From: Squalus acanthias
Lineage: Eukaryota
Direction of reading: 5' to 3'
Assembly (NCBI GenBank): GCA_030390025.1
Contig: CM059425.1
Coordinates: 164,922,001-164,986,000, forward strand
Length of the DNA: 64,000 nt
Made by a program: the position numbers and the translations under genes. Numbering within the stretch: the stretch's first letter is position 1; every line of letters starts with the position of its first letter. Shown here one piece after another: positions 24,650-37,440 of the stretch. The notes under the pieces are model-generated. The model did not search any database, was not told the DNA's origin, and saw only the letters and a list, made by a program, of their open reading frames with translations.

Positions 24650-24830
24650 GTATAGGAGCTGAGCCATACTGACCAATCGCCGATCTCTGCTGAGTTAGCT
24701 GATCTCAGCCAGGGCAGCAGAGGGGCAGTACAATTGGCCTCAGTACCCCTGGGTTAGTGAGGAGAAAATTGCCCAGGGTCCTAGCTCTTGATCCCTAGTC
24801 TGCAACATCTGCTGGAAGTGGTGCATGCAC
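24650..24830 (+). mobile_element. SINE-like repeat
   Basis: gctgagttagctgatctcagcc...caattggcctcag...aaaattgcccaggg; diverged relatives at ~30565-30730 and ~49610-49850. Confidence 0.55.
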
Positions 24831-24839
24831 AGAATCACA

Positions 24840-25326
24840 GGGGGATTATTAATGTTCTGATGCGCTGGGTGCAGTGTAGCCTGGTAACGATTTAATTCTG
24901 CAGTGCGTGTGTGACATCATAGACAGATTTCCCACCCAGAAGAGGGGGTTTGTATGGGGGGGAGGGGGGGGGCTGATGGCGGGGGAGCTTGGGGGTCGGA
25001 GGTGGGGGGGAAGCACTCCTGCTCCTCCCTGCCCACACGGAGTGCTCCCCGAGGCTGTCCTTGCCTTGCTGCAGCTGCCGGGATTCCAAAGGCCCGAGAA
25101 CTCTGGCCGGCCATGGTTAATTAATCCAAGGCTTCCAGCCTCATTATCATATTTAAAGTGCCAACAAACATCCTGGGAGCGGGTTGGCTGCCCACCCCCT
25201 CTTTCTGCCTCCGTTAAAAGCAGAAGTGGGCGGGTTGGAGGCGGGTTGGGGTCAGGATTCAGATTTTTAACACTTTAACATCCCACCGACCCAAACCCGC
25301 CTGTTTTTTGGGTTAAAATTCCCCCC
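24840..25326. mobile_element. GC-rich MITE
   Basis: Imperfect termini gggggattattaa / ttaaaattccccc around a GC-rich non-coding core. Confidence 0.5.
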
Positions 25327-25329
25327 ATA

Positions 25330-26030
25330 GATTTTACATCGCAGAGGAAGCCATTTAGCCCCTTGCACTTGTCCCAGCTCTCTGAAAGACCTAGTCAATT
25401 AATCCCATTCCCCCGCCCTTTCCCCATACTGTTTAAATTTTTCTTTTCAAATATTTATTCACTTCCCTTTTTAAAAGTTATGCTGGATTTTTCTTCCACT
25501 ACTGTTACTACTAGGGCAATTTCATAGCCTAACAACCCTCTACGTTAAAACAATCCTCCTAACTTTCCATTCATACTTTTGGTGATGATTTTAAATTGTT
25601 CTCTAGTTTCGGACTCACCATCCAGTGGAAATAGTTTTTGCTGATTTATCTTACTAAAACCCCTCATAATTTTAAACACCTCGATCAGATCGCCTCTCAA
25701 CCTTTTTAGTTCTAATGAAATCAGCCCCAGTTTCTCTAGTCTCTCCTCGTAACTAAAGCTTCTTATCCTTGGTGTCATCATCCGTATCTTCTCTATGGCT
25801 TTGAAGTTCTTCCTAAAATCAAGCCCCTAAAACCATATTCTAACTTTGACCTAACAAATGATTTGCATAGGTTTACCATTACCTCTTTGCTTTTGTACTC
25901 TGTAGTCCATATTTATAAAACCTAGGATCCCATAAGTGGGTTTTTTACACCTTATGAACTTGGCCTTCTGTTTTTCAAGATTTGTGTAACAGAAAGCCTT
26001 CAGTCTCTCTGTTCCACTATTCCTCTACTC
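25330..26030 (-). mobile_element. CR1 3' fragment
   Basis: SYEERLEKLGLISLELKRLRGDLIEVFKIM on minus. Confidence 0.85.
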
Positions 26031-26039
26031 CAAAGGCAC

Positions 26040-27093
26040 TCCAAACATTGTAGCCTACTCAGTACACTCTCAAATGACTACTAATGGTGAAATATGAAAC
26101 TGCATTTGTAGGCAGGCCATGTGATGTCTCAATATATTGGCTCAATAGCAAGAGGTGCATGTGAGAAGGAGGATAACTTATGAAGATACCGGCATCTTGT
26201 ATCCTTTCAGCCTCGCCACTCGCCAAGGGCTCAGCCATGCCCCTGCCAAGAATGGCCAGCACCGTCTCCTCCAAGGGGTGAGCTGAAGCTAGGAATGGGA
26301 GGTGTGCCTCATGTTTGGTACAGATAGTGGTAGGTGAGTGATTGGGGGGTGGAGGGGAGTCGTACCTTGAGAAGTGTGTGAGTCTAGTGGTGCAGTTGGT
26401 AGGAGACGGCTTTTGAATTCATTGACCTTGACCACTGGTCTGAGGTCATGAAGCTTCTTTGGGCACTGGAGCCAGGTCGTGGTGGCGACACTGCTGGCAG
26501 TGATGGCCTCAGTGATCTGGTCCCACATCGTTCTTTCTGGAGGGCCTCCTGGCCCCTGTGGGTACAGGACCTCTCTTGCAGTGTTGACCCCCTGCACAAA
26601 GCTGGAGTGCTGTATGCGAGACCCTGAGTGCCCCTTCCATGGTTTGCTGAGCCATTTGTGTTAGTGCTGAAGCACTTTTCCCATTTCTTTTAGGTGTGGA
26701 AGGGAATTCAGCTTTAAGAGCTGAAGACTCACATTTGGGAATTCTTTTTAATGTTAATTTTTTTTTCAGTTGCGCTGTAAGGGCTAAAAACTGCATATTT
26801 TTACATCATTTTTATTTTTTCATTTCAGAAGGCACTGCCCCTTTAAGAAAGCAAAAAATGCTCTTTGAAATCACAGCCTCACTTTCAGAGAGGCTGGTCT
26901 AGCTGCAACCAAGCTTCAGCCTTGCTACATTGGGGCCTGCTGCCGGGACCAACTGAGTTTAGTGCTGGGCTAATGTTAATTAGTCCCCAGTGCCAATTTT
27001 TCGGTCCTGCCAGCGCCATCATTTTTGGCGGCCGTTAACACCCGGCCGCGGTGGCACCGACAGTTTTTGTGGCGGTCACGAATTTATAGGCCA
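26040..27093 (-). mobile_element. Harbinger end with Myb-like remnant
   Basis: REVLYPQG...MWDQITEAI...TTWLQCPKKLHDL; homologous to 23700-24557; terminus gaatttataggcc. Confidence 0.8.
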
Positions 27094-28687
27094 CAGAATT
27101 AAAAACAAAGGATGGTATTAGCCATAAGCTTCAGGGAGGCCCCTGACCTTCTGCTCCTAAACTCCCTCTATTTCCATCATGTGCAAAATCTCCAGTGCTT
27201 TCTCTTCGTAGAGTCACGGGTCTTTGATGAAGTGAAATCCCTCCAGTCTGCATGTGCTGCTGTCTGTTATATGTAGCCTTCTGCTGAAAATGGAAAGAAA
27301 AGATTGAAATGAGAAATATGAGAGTTAGTCTTTGAACATGCAGCATATGTTGCCAGCATGGTTAGTTTATGATGCTTGCCACACTTAATGCACCATCCTT
27401 TGTAGACAAGCATTAATAGCATCCTGTAAAGTAGAATGGCACAATTTACTCTTCTATCCATGTTAAAACTAACTTGATTATTCTCTGATTCATGTCCTAT
27501 CCTTTATTTTAAAATCAAGATTATGTAAACATATTTCAGTTCCTAGGAAGGACCACAATATTTCTTGAGCTCCCGAAAATATTAGCCACCAGAACCTTGC
27601 TTATTTCCTCACTCATTTCCTTGAGGGTTCTGGAATTCAGTTGCCCTGTCAGCCGTTAATGCTTTGAATTTCTTCATAACACATGCTTTATTGAATTCTG
27701 CATTTGTTATAGATTCCCAAGCCATTTTGACTGGGTCTGGAATTTTCCAGTCTTCACTCCTACAGATTGATGTGAAGAATTAATTTAACACATCTGCTAT
27801 TTCCTAATTCCCCAACCAAATTTCTACATAATTTATCCCTTGAATGACCTATCTGTTCTTTAATGCTCTATCTACTTCATACATAGTAAAACATTTCTAA
27901 TCCATCATTGTCCTTTGTCCATCATTGTCCTTTTGAAGGTAAGGAGCCCCACTATTATCTATAATCTGCTTTACTGTTTCCCTCATTATTTTTCTGATCC
28001 CTTGTGCCTTTTAAAATAACTCTTATATAATACTACAATAGTAGAAGTAAAACATTATTTTAGTTTATGTGGTATTTCAGTTATTATAAGTCATCCTACC
28101 ATAATCTAACTTTATTTAAAACAATAATTGTGCGGTATTTGCATGTAAATAACTTATGGATACAGCCTAAATCTAAAATAGTTTAGTGTGTGAGACAGGG
28201 TACATTTGGCAAATAGGTTATATGGTGGTTTGATTATGCAAGGCTGGATTATTTTAATTGACCTACAGCTAATAGCTAAAATCCTTAAAAAAGAAGTTGC
28301 TGATAGTATGTTTGCACAATGAGCAGGTAGTTGTGAGGTTTCTTATGTGTGAGTAAAGTTTACAGCCCAGAAAGTGTTGTTTGTACGCTATTCAGGGGAT
28401 TAATGTAAATAGATAACAATTAAGAGCCACATGACCTTGATGGCAATACCGTATGGATGTTGCATGTTGTCCAGATGTCTTCCTGAAGGAGACTGAACAT
28501 CTCTGTCAATGTTGCCGTACTAAACCTCAGCCTCCTTAGGGACATCTCTATTGTCACTAGCAGGTAACCATGTCTGATATGGGAGACCCACTGTGTAGCA
28601 GAGGGGAAGGACTTGATGGTATGTTACGTGTTCTACCTTTCTTTGTGGGCACCCATTTCCTGCTTTTGCTGGTCTTCCTCTGCTAAT

Positions 28688-29118
28688 AAAACAACAATTT
28701 GCATTTATAGAATGCCTTTAATGTAGAAAACATCCTAAAGTGCTAAGGAAGGGCAGGTGGAGATAAAATAAATTTAATTAGAATCAAGGAACAGATACTG
28801 AGCTGTGGTGGGACAGTTAGGAGACAGCTTAGATTTTGAGAAGGTTTTTAAAGATGGAACAGTAAGTAGCAGAAATTTCCACAAACTCCATTCCCTTGCC
28901 ACTGACTCCATCCCTCTCCCTAGCATCTGTCTGAGGCATCTGTCTGAGGCTGAACCAGACTGTTCACAACCTTGGCATCATATTTGACCCCGAAATGAGC
29001 TTCCGACTACATATCCCCGCCATTACTAAGATGCCTCTTTCCACCTCCGGAACATTGGCCGACTCCGCCCCTGCCTCAGCTCATCTGCTGCTGAAACCCT
29101 CATCCATGCCTTTGTTAC
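28688..29118. mobile_element. Rearranged L2 fragments
   Basis: Minus L2 tail (aacaacaatttgcatttatag) followed by a plus-strand L2 ORF2 piece (FDPEMSFR...LSSSAAETLIHAFVT). Confidence 0.75.
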
Positions 29119-29913
29119 TAAATTGCAAGAAGTACAAGTAAATCGCTGTTTCACCTGGAAGGAGTGTTTGGGGCCCTGGACAGTGGGAAGGAAGTAGGTA
29201 AAAGGGCAGTTATTGCATCTCCTGTGCTTGCACGGGATAGTGCTACGGGAAGGGGAAGTACTTCTTGCAATTTAGTGTACTGTATTCGCTGCTCACAATG
29301 CGGTCTCCTCTACATTGGGGAGACCAAACGCAAATTGGGTGACCGCTTTGCGGAACACCTCCGTTCAGTCCGTAAGTGTGACCCCAAGCTTCTGGTCGCC
29401 TGTCACTTTAATTCTTTGCTCCACTCCCTCTCTGTCCTCGGCCTCTTACACTGTTCCAACGAAGCTCAACGTAAGCTCGAGGAACAGCGCCTCATCTTTC
29501 GATTAGGCATTTTACAGATTCTGGACTCAACATCGAGTTCAACAATTTCAGACCATAAACACTGCCCCTAATTTTTCACATGGCAGCTGTCGATGATTCT
29601 GCCATTCCCATTTACACCGCTTCTAGACCCATCTTTTGTTTCTTAACTTGTCCCATTACCATCTCCTTTTGCTTTATACTATCATACCTTTTGTTATTTA
29701 ATCTTTCCTGCCTTCCATCCTATCACAGACCTTCCCTTTTGTTCTTTCCTCCCCTCCCCCCTTTCCCTGCCCCTACACTTGCTTAAAATCTGTTATATCT
29801 CTAACTTTTTCCAGTTCTGACAAAAGGTCATTGACTTGCAACGTTAACTCTGTTTCTCTCTCCACAGATGCTGCCTGACCTGCTGAGTATTTCCAGCATT
29901 TTCTGTTTTTATT
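29117..29913 (+). mobile_element. Penelope-like element 3' end: GIY-YIG endonuclease + terminal repeat, with inverted 5' segment
   Basis: NLVYCIRCSQCGLLYIGETKRKLGDRFAEH...VACHFN; 29117-29257 encodes the upstream GPKHSFQVKQRFTCTS on minus. Confidence 0.92.
29813..29849 (+). ncRNA. Degenerate minimal type I hammerhead ribozyme motif
   Basis: agtt-CTGACAA-a-aggtc-att-gactt-GCAA-CG-TT-aact; two core substitutions relative to CUGANGA/GAAA, each intact in another copy. Confidence 0.6.
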
Positions 29914-30472
29914 ACTGTATAATATTTGGACAGCCAGGAAGTTCATGCAATGGAGGGTGCTCAACTACCAGTCAGAAGCTTGTGAGTTGCCTACTTGTTT
30001 TCCTCAACTGCAAATTTCATCAGTTCTTGGCTGGTCTGCTGGAAGGGAGTGCCAAGTGGAAGTGAGTTATTCATCTAGGGGGAAAAGATAATTGACATAG
30101 TCTGGCTCTTTCCACTTAAGTAATAGTTATACAAATAAAACCTTTTGACTTCAAAAATGCATGATTATGGGTGGTCTGAAAAGAGGTAAAAACATTAGAG
30201 CAAAGCAGTTAGAGAGCTACTTTACTACACACTGATTGACGAGTGTCACTTTGTGTCCAAATAGGAACATGGAAATGTACAGTATCTTTTTTATTCAATA
30301 TGTGTGGAAAGCTCTAATGGAAAGGCTACTCTCTATCAAAAAACATGGCCCTAAAATTCCACAAGGTGAGTTGTGCTGGATTTGTGCCAATGCGTCAGGA
30401 GTTGCACCCGCAGAGCTGAAGCTCCTAGAATTTTGTGGATCAGGTTATTTGCATATCCAATGGAGGATTGCT

Positions 30473-30554
30473 TTCTGACAAAAGGTTAACTCTGTTTCTC
30501 TCTCCACAGATGTTGCCTGACCTGCTGAGTACTTCCAGCATTTTCTGTTTATAT
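30473..30554 (+). mobile_element. Solo Penelope terminal-repeat unit with 12-bp TSD
   Basis: Flanks tggaggattgct (30461-30472) / tggaagattgct (30555-30566). Confidence 0.8.
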
Positions 30555-32319
30555 TGGAAGATTGCTACAATTGGTTTCAGCTCTTCTGAGTTAGAGACAG
30601 TAAAATTGCCAGGATCCTCATTCCAAGTTTCTATCCAGTGAGGCCAGCTGGAATTGAAGGTAAGGACACGATTACGCTTGATGGTGATTTCCCCTTCCTC
30701 ACAGTTGAATAGCCTGCTGACAGAATACAGATTACTCTGTAGAGATAGTAAAGATAAACTGGGAGGGAGATTAGCCTTTTATGTGAGAGAATTTTATTAA
30801 AATGGTGTTACACCAATCTGGTCTGGGGACAGATAAGGGAAAATCCTGTTGATAGGGATGAGGGGAAGGAAAGTAACTATGGGTGTTCCATAAACCACCA
30901 GGTCAGGTGGAGTAATTGGACCAAGAACTTTGTTGTCAATTAAGGGAAATGTTTATAAAAACAGATGCTGTTGTTATGGCTTCACTTTACCAGGGCTAGA
31001 TTGGGAAATCTATAATGGCACAGTACTGTGGTCTCGAACCCTGGATCCAAATGAATAGCTGAGTCTAGTGGAGTGCGGCCCAACTGGGGAAACTTGCCAT
31101 CCGTACCAGTATCACAGCCAACTCAACAATCCAAGGTGGACCCAGCCTCAATTGCCGGATATATGCATGCATTCAGAACCACATCTATCCCAACCTTCAT
31201 CCAACTCCTGAGACATCACTGCTGGCATTTGTCTGTGGTGTCGTGCCTCTATTTTGCTGGTACTACATATTCAAAACTGATCAGAATCATAAAGGAGGGG
31301 AAGGAGCAAGCATTTAGCTTAGCATCCTGAGTACTTGAAGCCGAGACAGCAGATATGAACAGTAATTGTGCAGTGTATTATGAAGGAGTTCTAAAATGTC
31401 TTTAATAAATGGTGATGAGCTTAAAAAAATATAAAGGATGCAAATGGAGTGAAACATAATGCTGGACATCATGTTATAATGGCCCAGATTCAGCGGTCAG
31501 TGGCGAACAAACAGCACCAGCCGTTTATTACACTTACACTTGCCCACAGACTTTCTATGGGCTTTTGCACTGGAAGTTGCAATAATTAGAAATCCAAAAC
31601 CGTGCGGCGCCCTCTACAGAGGATCTGGAACCTGTGTGAACAGGGCAAGCAACTGTGGATTGCCTTAAGCAATCAGACTGAAGAATCCTTACTGAGGCAC
31701 GCAGTCTGAACCAGGAAGTGTAAGTTAGAATAATTAATTCAATGCCAAATCATGTACAGTAAGCAAAATAAAGAGAGGGAAAGAAAGATGGGATTAAGAG
31801 AGATAAAAGAGACAGAAAAAAACTGGAATGGAGAAGCCCTAACTTTATCTGATGTGTTTTGTGGGTATCTATAACGCTAGTATCCAACTTCACGCCGTTG
31901 CGTGTATTTCAATGCTGAGTCTCTGGGCGAGATACCGGTAGAGTGAAGCTTCAGGAGGAGAAGGGCAACTTGGACAGTAACTTCCTGATTTCTGCGTTTA
32001 ACTGTGCCGGAAGTTGTTGTTTGATTTTCTCTTTAATAACAGTGAGCACTGATCGCCAATGTTAAATGGTTAAATGTTAATTAACCTTAGTAACAGTGGC
32101 CATAATATGGTGGGGTTTATAGTTAGGCTTATGATAGAAAAGAAAATGAATAGAATCAATCAACTTTTGAAAAGCAAATTTCGAAGGGAGTGGTGAGCTC
32201 AGGAAATTGGATTGGGTAGCATCATTAGAAGGAAAAGCATGAAGAAAAGTGAAGGTGGATAGTGAAGAAAAATTTAAGGAAGACTTCTTCGATATTTGAG
32301 TGAGTGGATGACTGAGGAA

Positions 32320-33200
32320 CCGGGCAGATGGAGTCTTCTCCGGTCCTGTACTTCCCTTCATTTATGCCATTTCTTCTGGTTTCTGTGACTCTTCCGCCAA
32401 AGTTACGGCAGATGGGCACGGGAACCCCTGTAGAAATTTACCCCCTATGTTTGCAAGGTGCAACAAGTTCATCACTGTCCCTGTTGAAAGGAGGTATCAG
32501 CTGTACAGGGCACAGAACCCATGTGGGCATCAGGACTTCTCACATCAAACCTATGGCCTAAATCAACAGTAAGAGCTTCCATTCAATGAATGTTCAGGTT
32601 GTATCTGATCACAGAAACATCATAACACAAGTCCAAGAAGTGCCTAATTAATCCGTACTAGTGGGTTTCACATTCTTTAATGCCATCATGTAAATTGTTG
32701 GCCATTTTCCAATAGTACCCAGCACCTGAGACTTGACAGGTGTACGGGTAATCCCAGGAATCCATGGTACCCCAATTATTTGAAGGCTCACATAGACTGG
32801 ACAGATGGCTGCTGGGAAACCCAAGCTATCCTCTACAGCCATGGCTGCTAACCCCACTGAGAAACCCTCGAATAGCAATGGAATGGAGATACAATGAAAC
32901 ACATGCCTCGATGAGAATTACTGTAGAGCGCACCAATCGAATACTAAAGCAAACATTCTGCTGCTTGAACCTGGCATTGTCCTCTGCAGCCGAGAAAAGG
33001 TGTCCAAAATTATTACGGTCTGCTTCATGTTGCAATGCAAAGAGCAGCAAGTATGCAGCAGGATGAAGAGGAGGCCCGGGTACTGCAATAGCAAATGAGA
33101 AGGATGAGGAAATGGAGGAAGCAGATGTGCGGCCTGGAAGATTGGTGTAGCAGTCACATTTAGAACTGCTTCCAGTAATTTCCAGATCTGGCCCCCTGCA
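32320..33200 (+). pseudogene. Old Harbinger transposase remnant
   Basis: INSKSFHSMNVQVVSDH; WLLGNPSYPLQPWLLTPLRNP...RYNETHASMRITVERTNRILKQTFCCL. Confidence 0.85.
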
Positions 33201-33981
33201 CAAGTATAGCAGACAAAAACCCCAGGGTATCCCGAAGCAACATGCTGTACATTTCCATCACAATCCCACCATAAATTGTTACCTTAATGGAACCCTTTCC
33301 AACTGTCTGCACTAAAGAGAAATAAAGTGCTGAAAATTTATTAAATGCTATTTACAGTATGAAGTGCTTCTAGTGCCTATCACTGTGCTTCCCATTGGTG
33401 ACCCTCTAAAATATGCCTCGCCTACTTCCTAACCTAGCATTCTCAACTGAGTTAGAGGGTTATGGGTTCAAGTACCACTCTAGACAGTCCTGGTGAAAGG
33501 AGACGAGAGTTACAGTGTTTGAAACTAGGTTGACATCCAGCAGGATACTCAATTCTGATGGGAGTGGAGTGGCTCCCCTCATCGTACCCAGAGCGAGACC
33601 AATGCTCTGGCCTTTGAATACTGGGTTGACATCCAGTGGGGTACTCTGCTTTCACAGGAAAGTTGGCTTCTTCTCCAAATAAATTCAGCCTCCTTCGCTG
33701 CACTTCTGTGGCACGATCTCTTTGGTGTCATCAATAACTTGGGAATGCTTATGTTCCTAGGCTTTATTTTCTCCCCACAACTGTGGCAATGTTTTCTAAA
33801 GTTAGTCACTATTCTTTCAATGCAAGCAAAATTTTAGCCACAGCAAAATATTCCCTCCCTTCAATTACAAGCAATAACCCTTTAGACATTGGTGCCTTAT
33901 TGGATTCCGTCCCCCAACCCCAACCAATTGCACTGCCAACCTTTTTTCATGTGCAAGGAGGCTGTTAACGTGAGTAGAAAG

Positions 33982-34762
33982 AGCTTTGGTGGCAAAAACA
34001 GAAAGATTATTATCTGAACAGCAATAGATTGGGAAAAGGGGAAGTGCAACGAGACCTGGGTGTCCTTGTGCACCAGTCACTGAAGGTAAGCATACACGTG
34101 CAGCAGGCGGTTAAGAAGGCAAATGGCATGTTGGCCTTCATAGCGAGAGGGTTTGAGTACAGGAACAAGGATGTCTTGCTGCAGTTGTACAGGGCCTTGG
34201 TGAGACCACACCTTGAGTATTGTGTGCAGTTTTGGTCGCCTTATCTGAGGAAGGATGTTCTTGTCATGGAGAGAGTGCAGCGAAGATTCACCAGACTGAT
34301 ACCTGGGATGGCAGGAATGACGTATGAAGAGAGATTGGGTCGATTGGGCTTGTATTCGCTAGAGTTTAGAAGAATGAGAGGGGATCTTATTGAAACTTAT
34401 AAAATTCTAACAGGACTAGACAGACTAGATGCAGGAAGGATGTTCCCGATGGTGGGGGAGTCCAGAACCAGGGGTCACAGTCTTAGGATAAGGGGTAAGC
34501 CATTTAGGACTGAGATGAGGAGGAATTTCTTCACCCAGAGTGGTGAACCTGTGGAATTCTCTACCACAGAAGGCAGTTGAGTCCAATTCATTAAATATAT
34601 TCAAGGAGTTTGATATATTTCTTAAGGCTAAGGGGATAAAGGGATATGGGGAGAAAGCAGGGACAGGGTACTGAATTTGGATGATCAGCCATGATCACAT
34701 TGAATGGCGGAGCAGGCTCGAGGGGCCGAATGGCCTACTCCTGCTCCTATCTTTCTATGTTT
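33982..34762 (+). mobile_element. CR1 3' fragment
   Basis: RDLGVLV...RPHLEYCVQFWSP...TRGH; 3'UTR gaatggcctactcctgctcct. Confidence 0.92.
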
Positions 34763-36274
34763 AACTGTGCAAGATTTGGTGATGCCAACCATCCTTGCTG
34801 CCAGTACAGGTGTGCCCGTAGTGTATAAAGGTGCAGCCCCAATTTTGCTGCCATTGCAAAATCAGGGCAACATGAATTCAAAATAAGAGCTGCACAAGAG
34901 GTTAGTCAGCACCTGAAAATGAAACCTAGGTTAACATTTTAGGTAGGACCTTTGAGATGCTGACCAATTTGCTGTTTATTGCCAGCATTTTATATGTATA
35001 TTTCATTTTCAGCATTTGTTGGAACTTGGTTTTGGAACAAACTCCAGATGTTGAAGATAACACCTTGAGAGCACCACAGTACCGTTACTGGTAAAATATC
35101 TATCAAATCTGTAGGAGGGCAGAGAGCCCCTAGATTCTCAGATGCAGCTGTGAAAGTGCAGCTAAATGAAGCAAGACAGAAGGAAGCCCAGTTTGGCACA
35201 GAGTGATCCAGAGCCTCAATGAGAGCAATACAGAGGCAATGGATGGTGGTAGCCAAGGCACTGACTGCCAATTCTAACAATGCATGCATAGCCAACTAGT
35301 GTCAGAAAAGGGTTAATGGGTTTATCCAATCTGGCCCCACCTTCCAAAAATGTACTGTACTTAACATGCCTTCCACTTACAGTGCAAGGGGAGGTTAAAG
35401 TGCTCAAATTGCTTGTGATCAATGACCAGGATGTAGTGCAGTGGGTTTTAAACCCCCCAGCCTTCATTGCAAGTGTTCTTTCACTTATAGCCTTGTATGG
35501 ATTCACCCCACTAACAACCTCACATAGAATGTTGTGGGTAATTTTGAGTCTGTGCTGCCATCAGAGGCACTGCTCTGCCAGCACCACAAATCAGAAACTT
35601 GGGTTCACATTACCATTGATTTTCCAACCAGAAGGAAGTGTACACCAAAATATCCAATTTGCATTGCTAGTGGCCTATGTGGACTCATAAATACCCCTAT
35701 AGTTGCTTGGTAAATGAAACCCATTATGCTTACATCTGAGTTTTAGTGCAGGTCACAGTCAAAACAGGTGGTAAGAGGGATGTATGGGAGGAAAATTAGG
35801 GCTTCCTCCATTGGCATTTGCACGCAGTGTGCAGGGAGAGGCGTGCAACTCGAAGTCAGGTTGGGGAGGCAGTTGACGCCCAAGAGCTGGGACTGATCTC
35901 CCATGTCAAAGGTCTGAGCCAAGGTCAAACTAGTCAAAGACAAATTTAGGACCAATATCAGGAAGTTCTTCTTCAGGCAAAGAATTATCAATACACGGAA
36001 TTGACTTTTAGACAGTAGGAGGTGAATTAACATGGGCTGAATCACTTTTCTCATCTGTAATAACTTGTGATTAGTCTGTACAAAGTAGTTTAATGACTAA
36101 TTTTTGTCTTTCAAACCATTCTCAACACATTCTCCAGCAAACAATTTACTAAGATTGGGATTAGCTGTTAGATCTGGGCTACATCAACTGCAGAGAATAA
36201 GAGATGTAGATTTCTGTAAACATTTTGTTTAACAAAGCTGTTGATAAGCTACTTCAATGAGAGAAAGGAGTTTT

Positions 36275-36608
36275 TTCGAATTCGTTTTTATGGGATGTGG
36301 GCGTCGCTGGCAAGGCCAGCATTTATTGTCCATCCCTAATTGCCCTCGAGAAGGTGGTGGTGAGCCGCCGCCTTGAACCGCTGGAGTCAGTGTGGTGAAG
36401 GTACTCCTACAGTGCTATTAGGTAGGGAGTTCCAGGATTTTGACCCAGCGACGATGAAGGATCGGCGATATACTTCTAAGTCAGGATGTGTGTGACTTAG
36501 AGGGGGAACTTGGAGGTGGTGGTGTTCCCATGTCCTTCTAGGTGGAAGAGGGCGCGGGTTTGGGAGTTGCTGCCGTGTATCTTGTAGATGGTACACACTG
36601 CAGCCATT
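36275..36608 (-). mobile_element. LINE 3' end (CR1/L2 group)
   Basis: SFIVAGSKSWNSLP motif, then 3'UTR agggcaattagggatgg.caataaatgctggcc on minus; short relative at ~61520-61578. Confidence 0.75.
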
Positions 36609-37009
36609 TCCAGTTAGAGAAAACCTCAAGTGTAACAAGGCATTAGTTATTGATTTTTTGTTTAAATTGTGAAACACTTTGCAAATGGTTTGATTGAACA
36701 CACTGTACATTTTTACATGGCATAAACTCTTGTTATAAAATAGTGTAGCGTTCGATTTATTGTGAGTAACACCTCAGGAGATGTGCTTGCATCTATTAAA
36801 CAGATATCATCTGCAACCTTTCTGCTTAATTAAGACTCAACAGTTAAAATGCAAGAAAACAATTTAGGCACTACTAAATGTATTAGCATAGAACAGTATA
36901 AGTGAAATGGTGCCAAAGTGACAATTTAAGTAAAAAGGGAACTCATTTTATTGCAGTAGTAAATAGGTTAAACATTTGGACTGAAAATGTATGTAGTGGA
37001 TGGTGAAGC

Positions 37010-37440
37010 AGATTAAACACGGTCCACTGACTTCTGAAACCTGGCCTCAAATCCAGCCCAGACTAATGGGGTAACTGTCTCCTCTCTCTGTCGCTGGCTG
37101 AAAAGCTCAGCCTGAAAAGAAGTCTGGCCACTACCCCAGTTTATACCAGGTGCAGGCCTACATCACAAAACTGCCCCCAATTCAGCAATAATCATATTCT
37201 TATTCGAACATGACACAGGAACGTCTGGTGTGGGAAATGGAAACACAAGTGTTCCAGTTATGGGTGGGGGGCAAGAGGTTGTCCTGTTCAAAAAAAGTTC
37301 AGCTATAGCACACTGTTAGGGCAGAATAGAAGCTTCACTTTGCAGTTAACTGTGCTATAATCAACCTGCAAATGCTTACGGCTAACACTGGTACTTGGAA
37401 TGTGAAAGCATTTCATTCCTCAGCACTAATATCTCTCATC
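37010..37440 (+). mobile_element. Old tRNA-derived SINE, LF-SINE-like
   Basis: tcaaatccagcccag (B-box-like) and acatcacaaaac...caatt.agca.taat resemble the LF-SINE consensus as I recall it. Confidence 0.45.

Noticed and set aside
27901..28950. Short tandem duplications (tccatcattgtccttt x2 at ~27901; gcatctgtctgag x2 at ~28923)
   Set aside because: Ordinary slippage/repair duplications
33524..33646. 27-bp direct repeat (4 mismatches) 96 bp apart
   Set aside because: Only two units, next to a Harbinger remnant; probably an internal coding repeat, not an array
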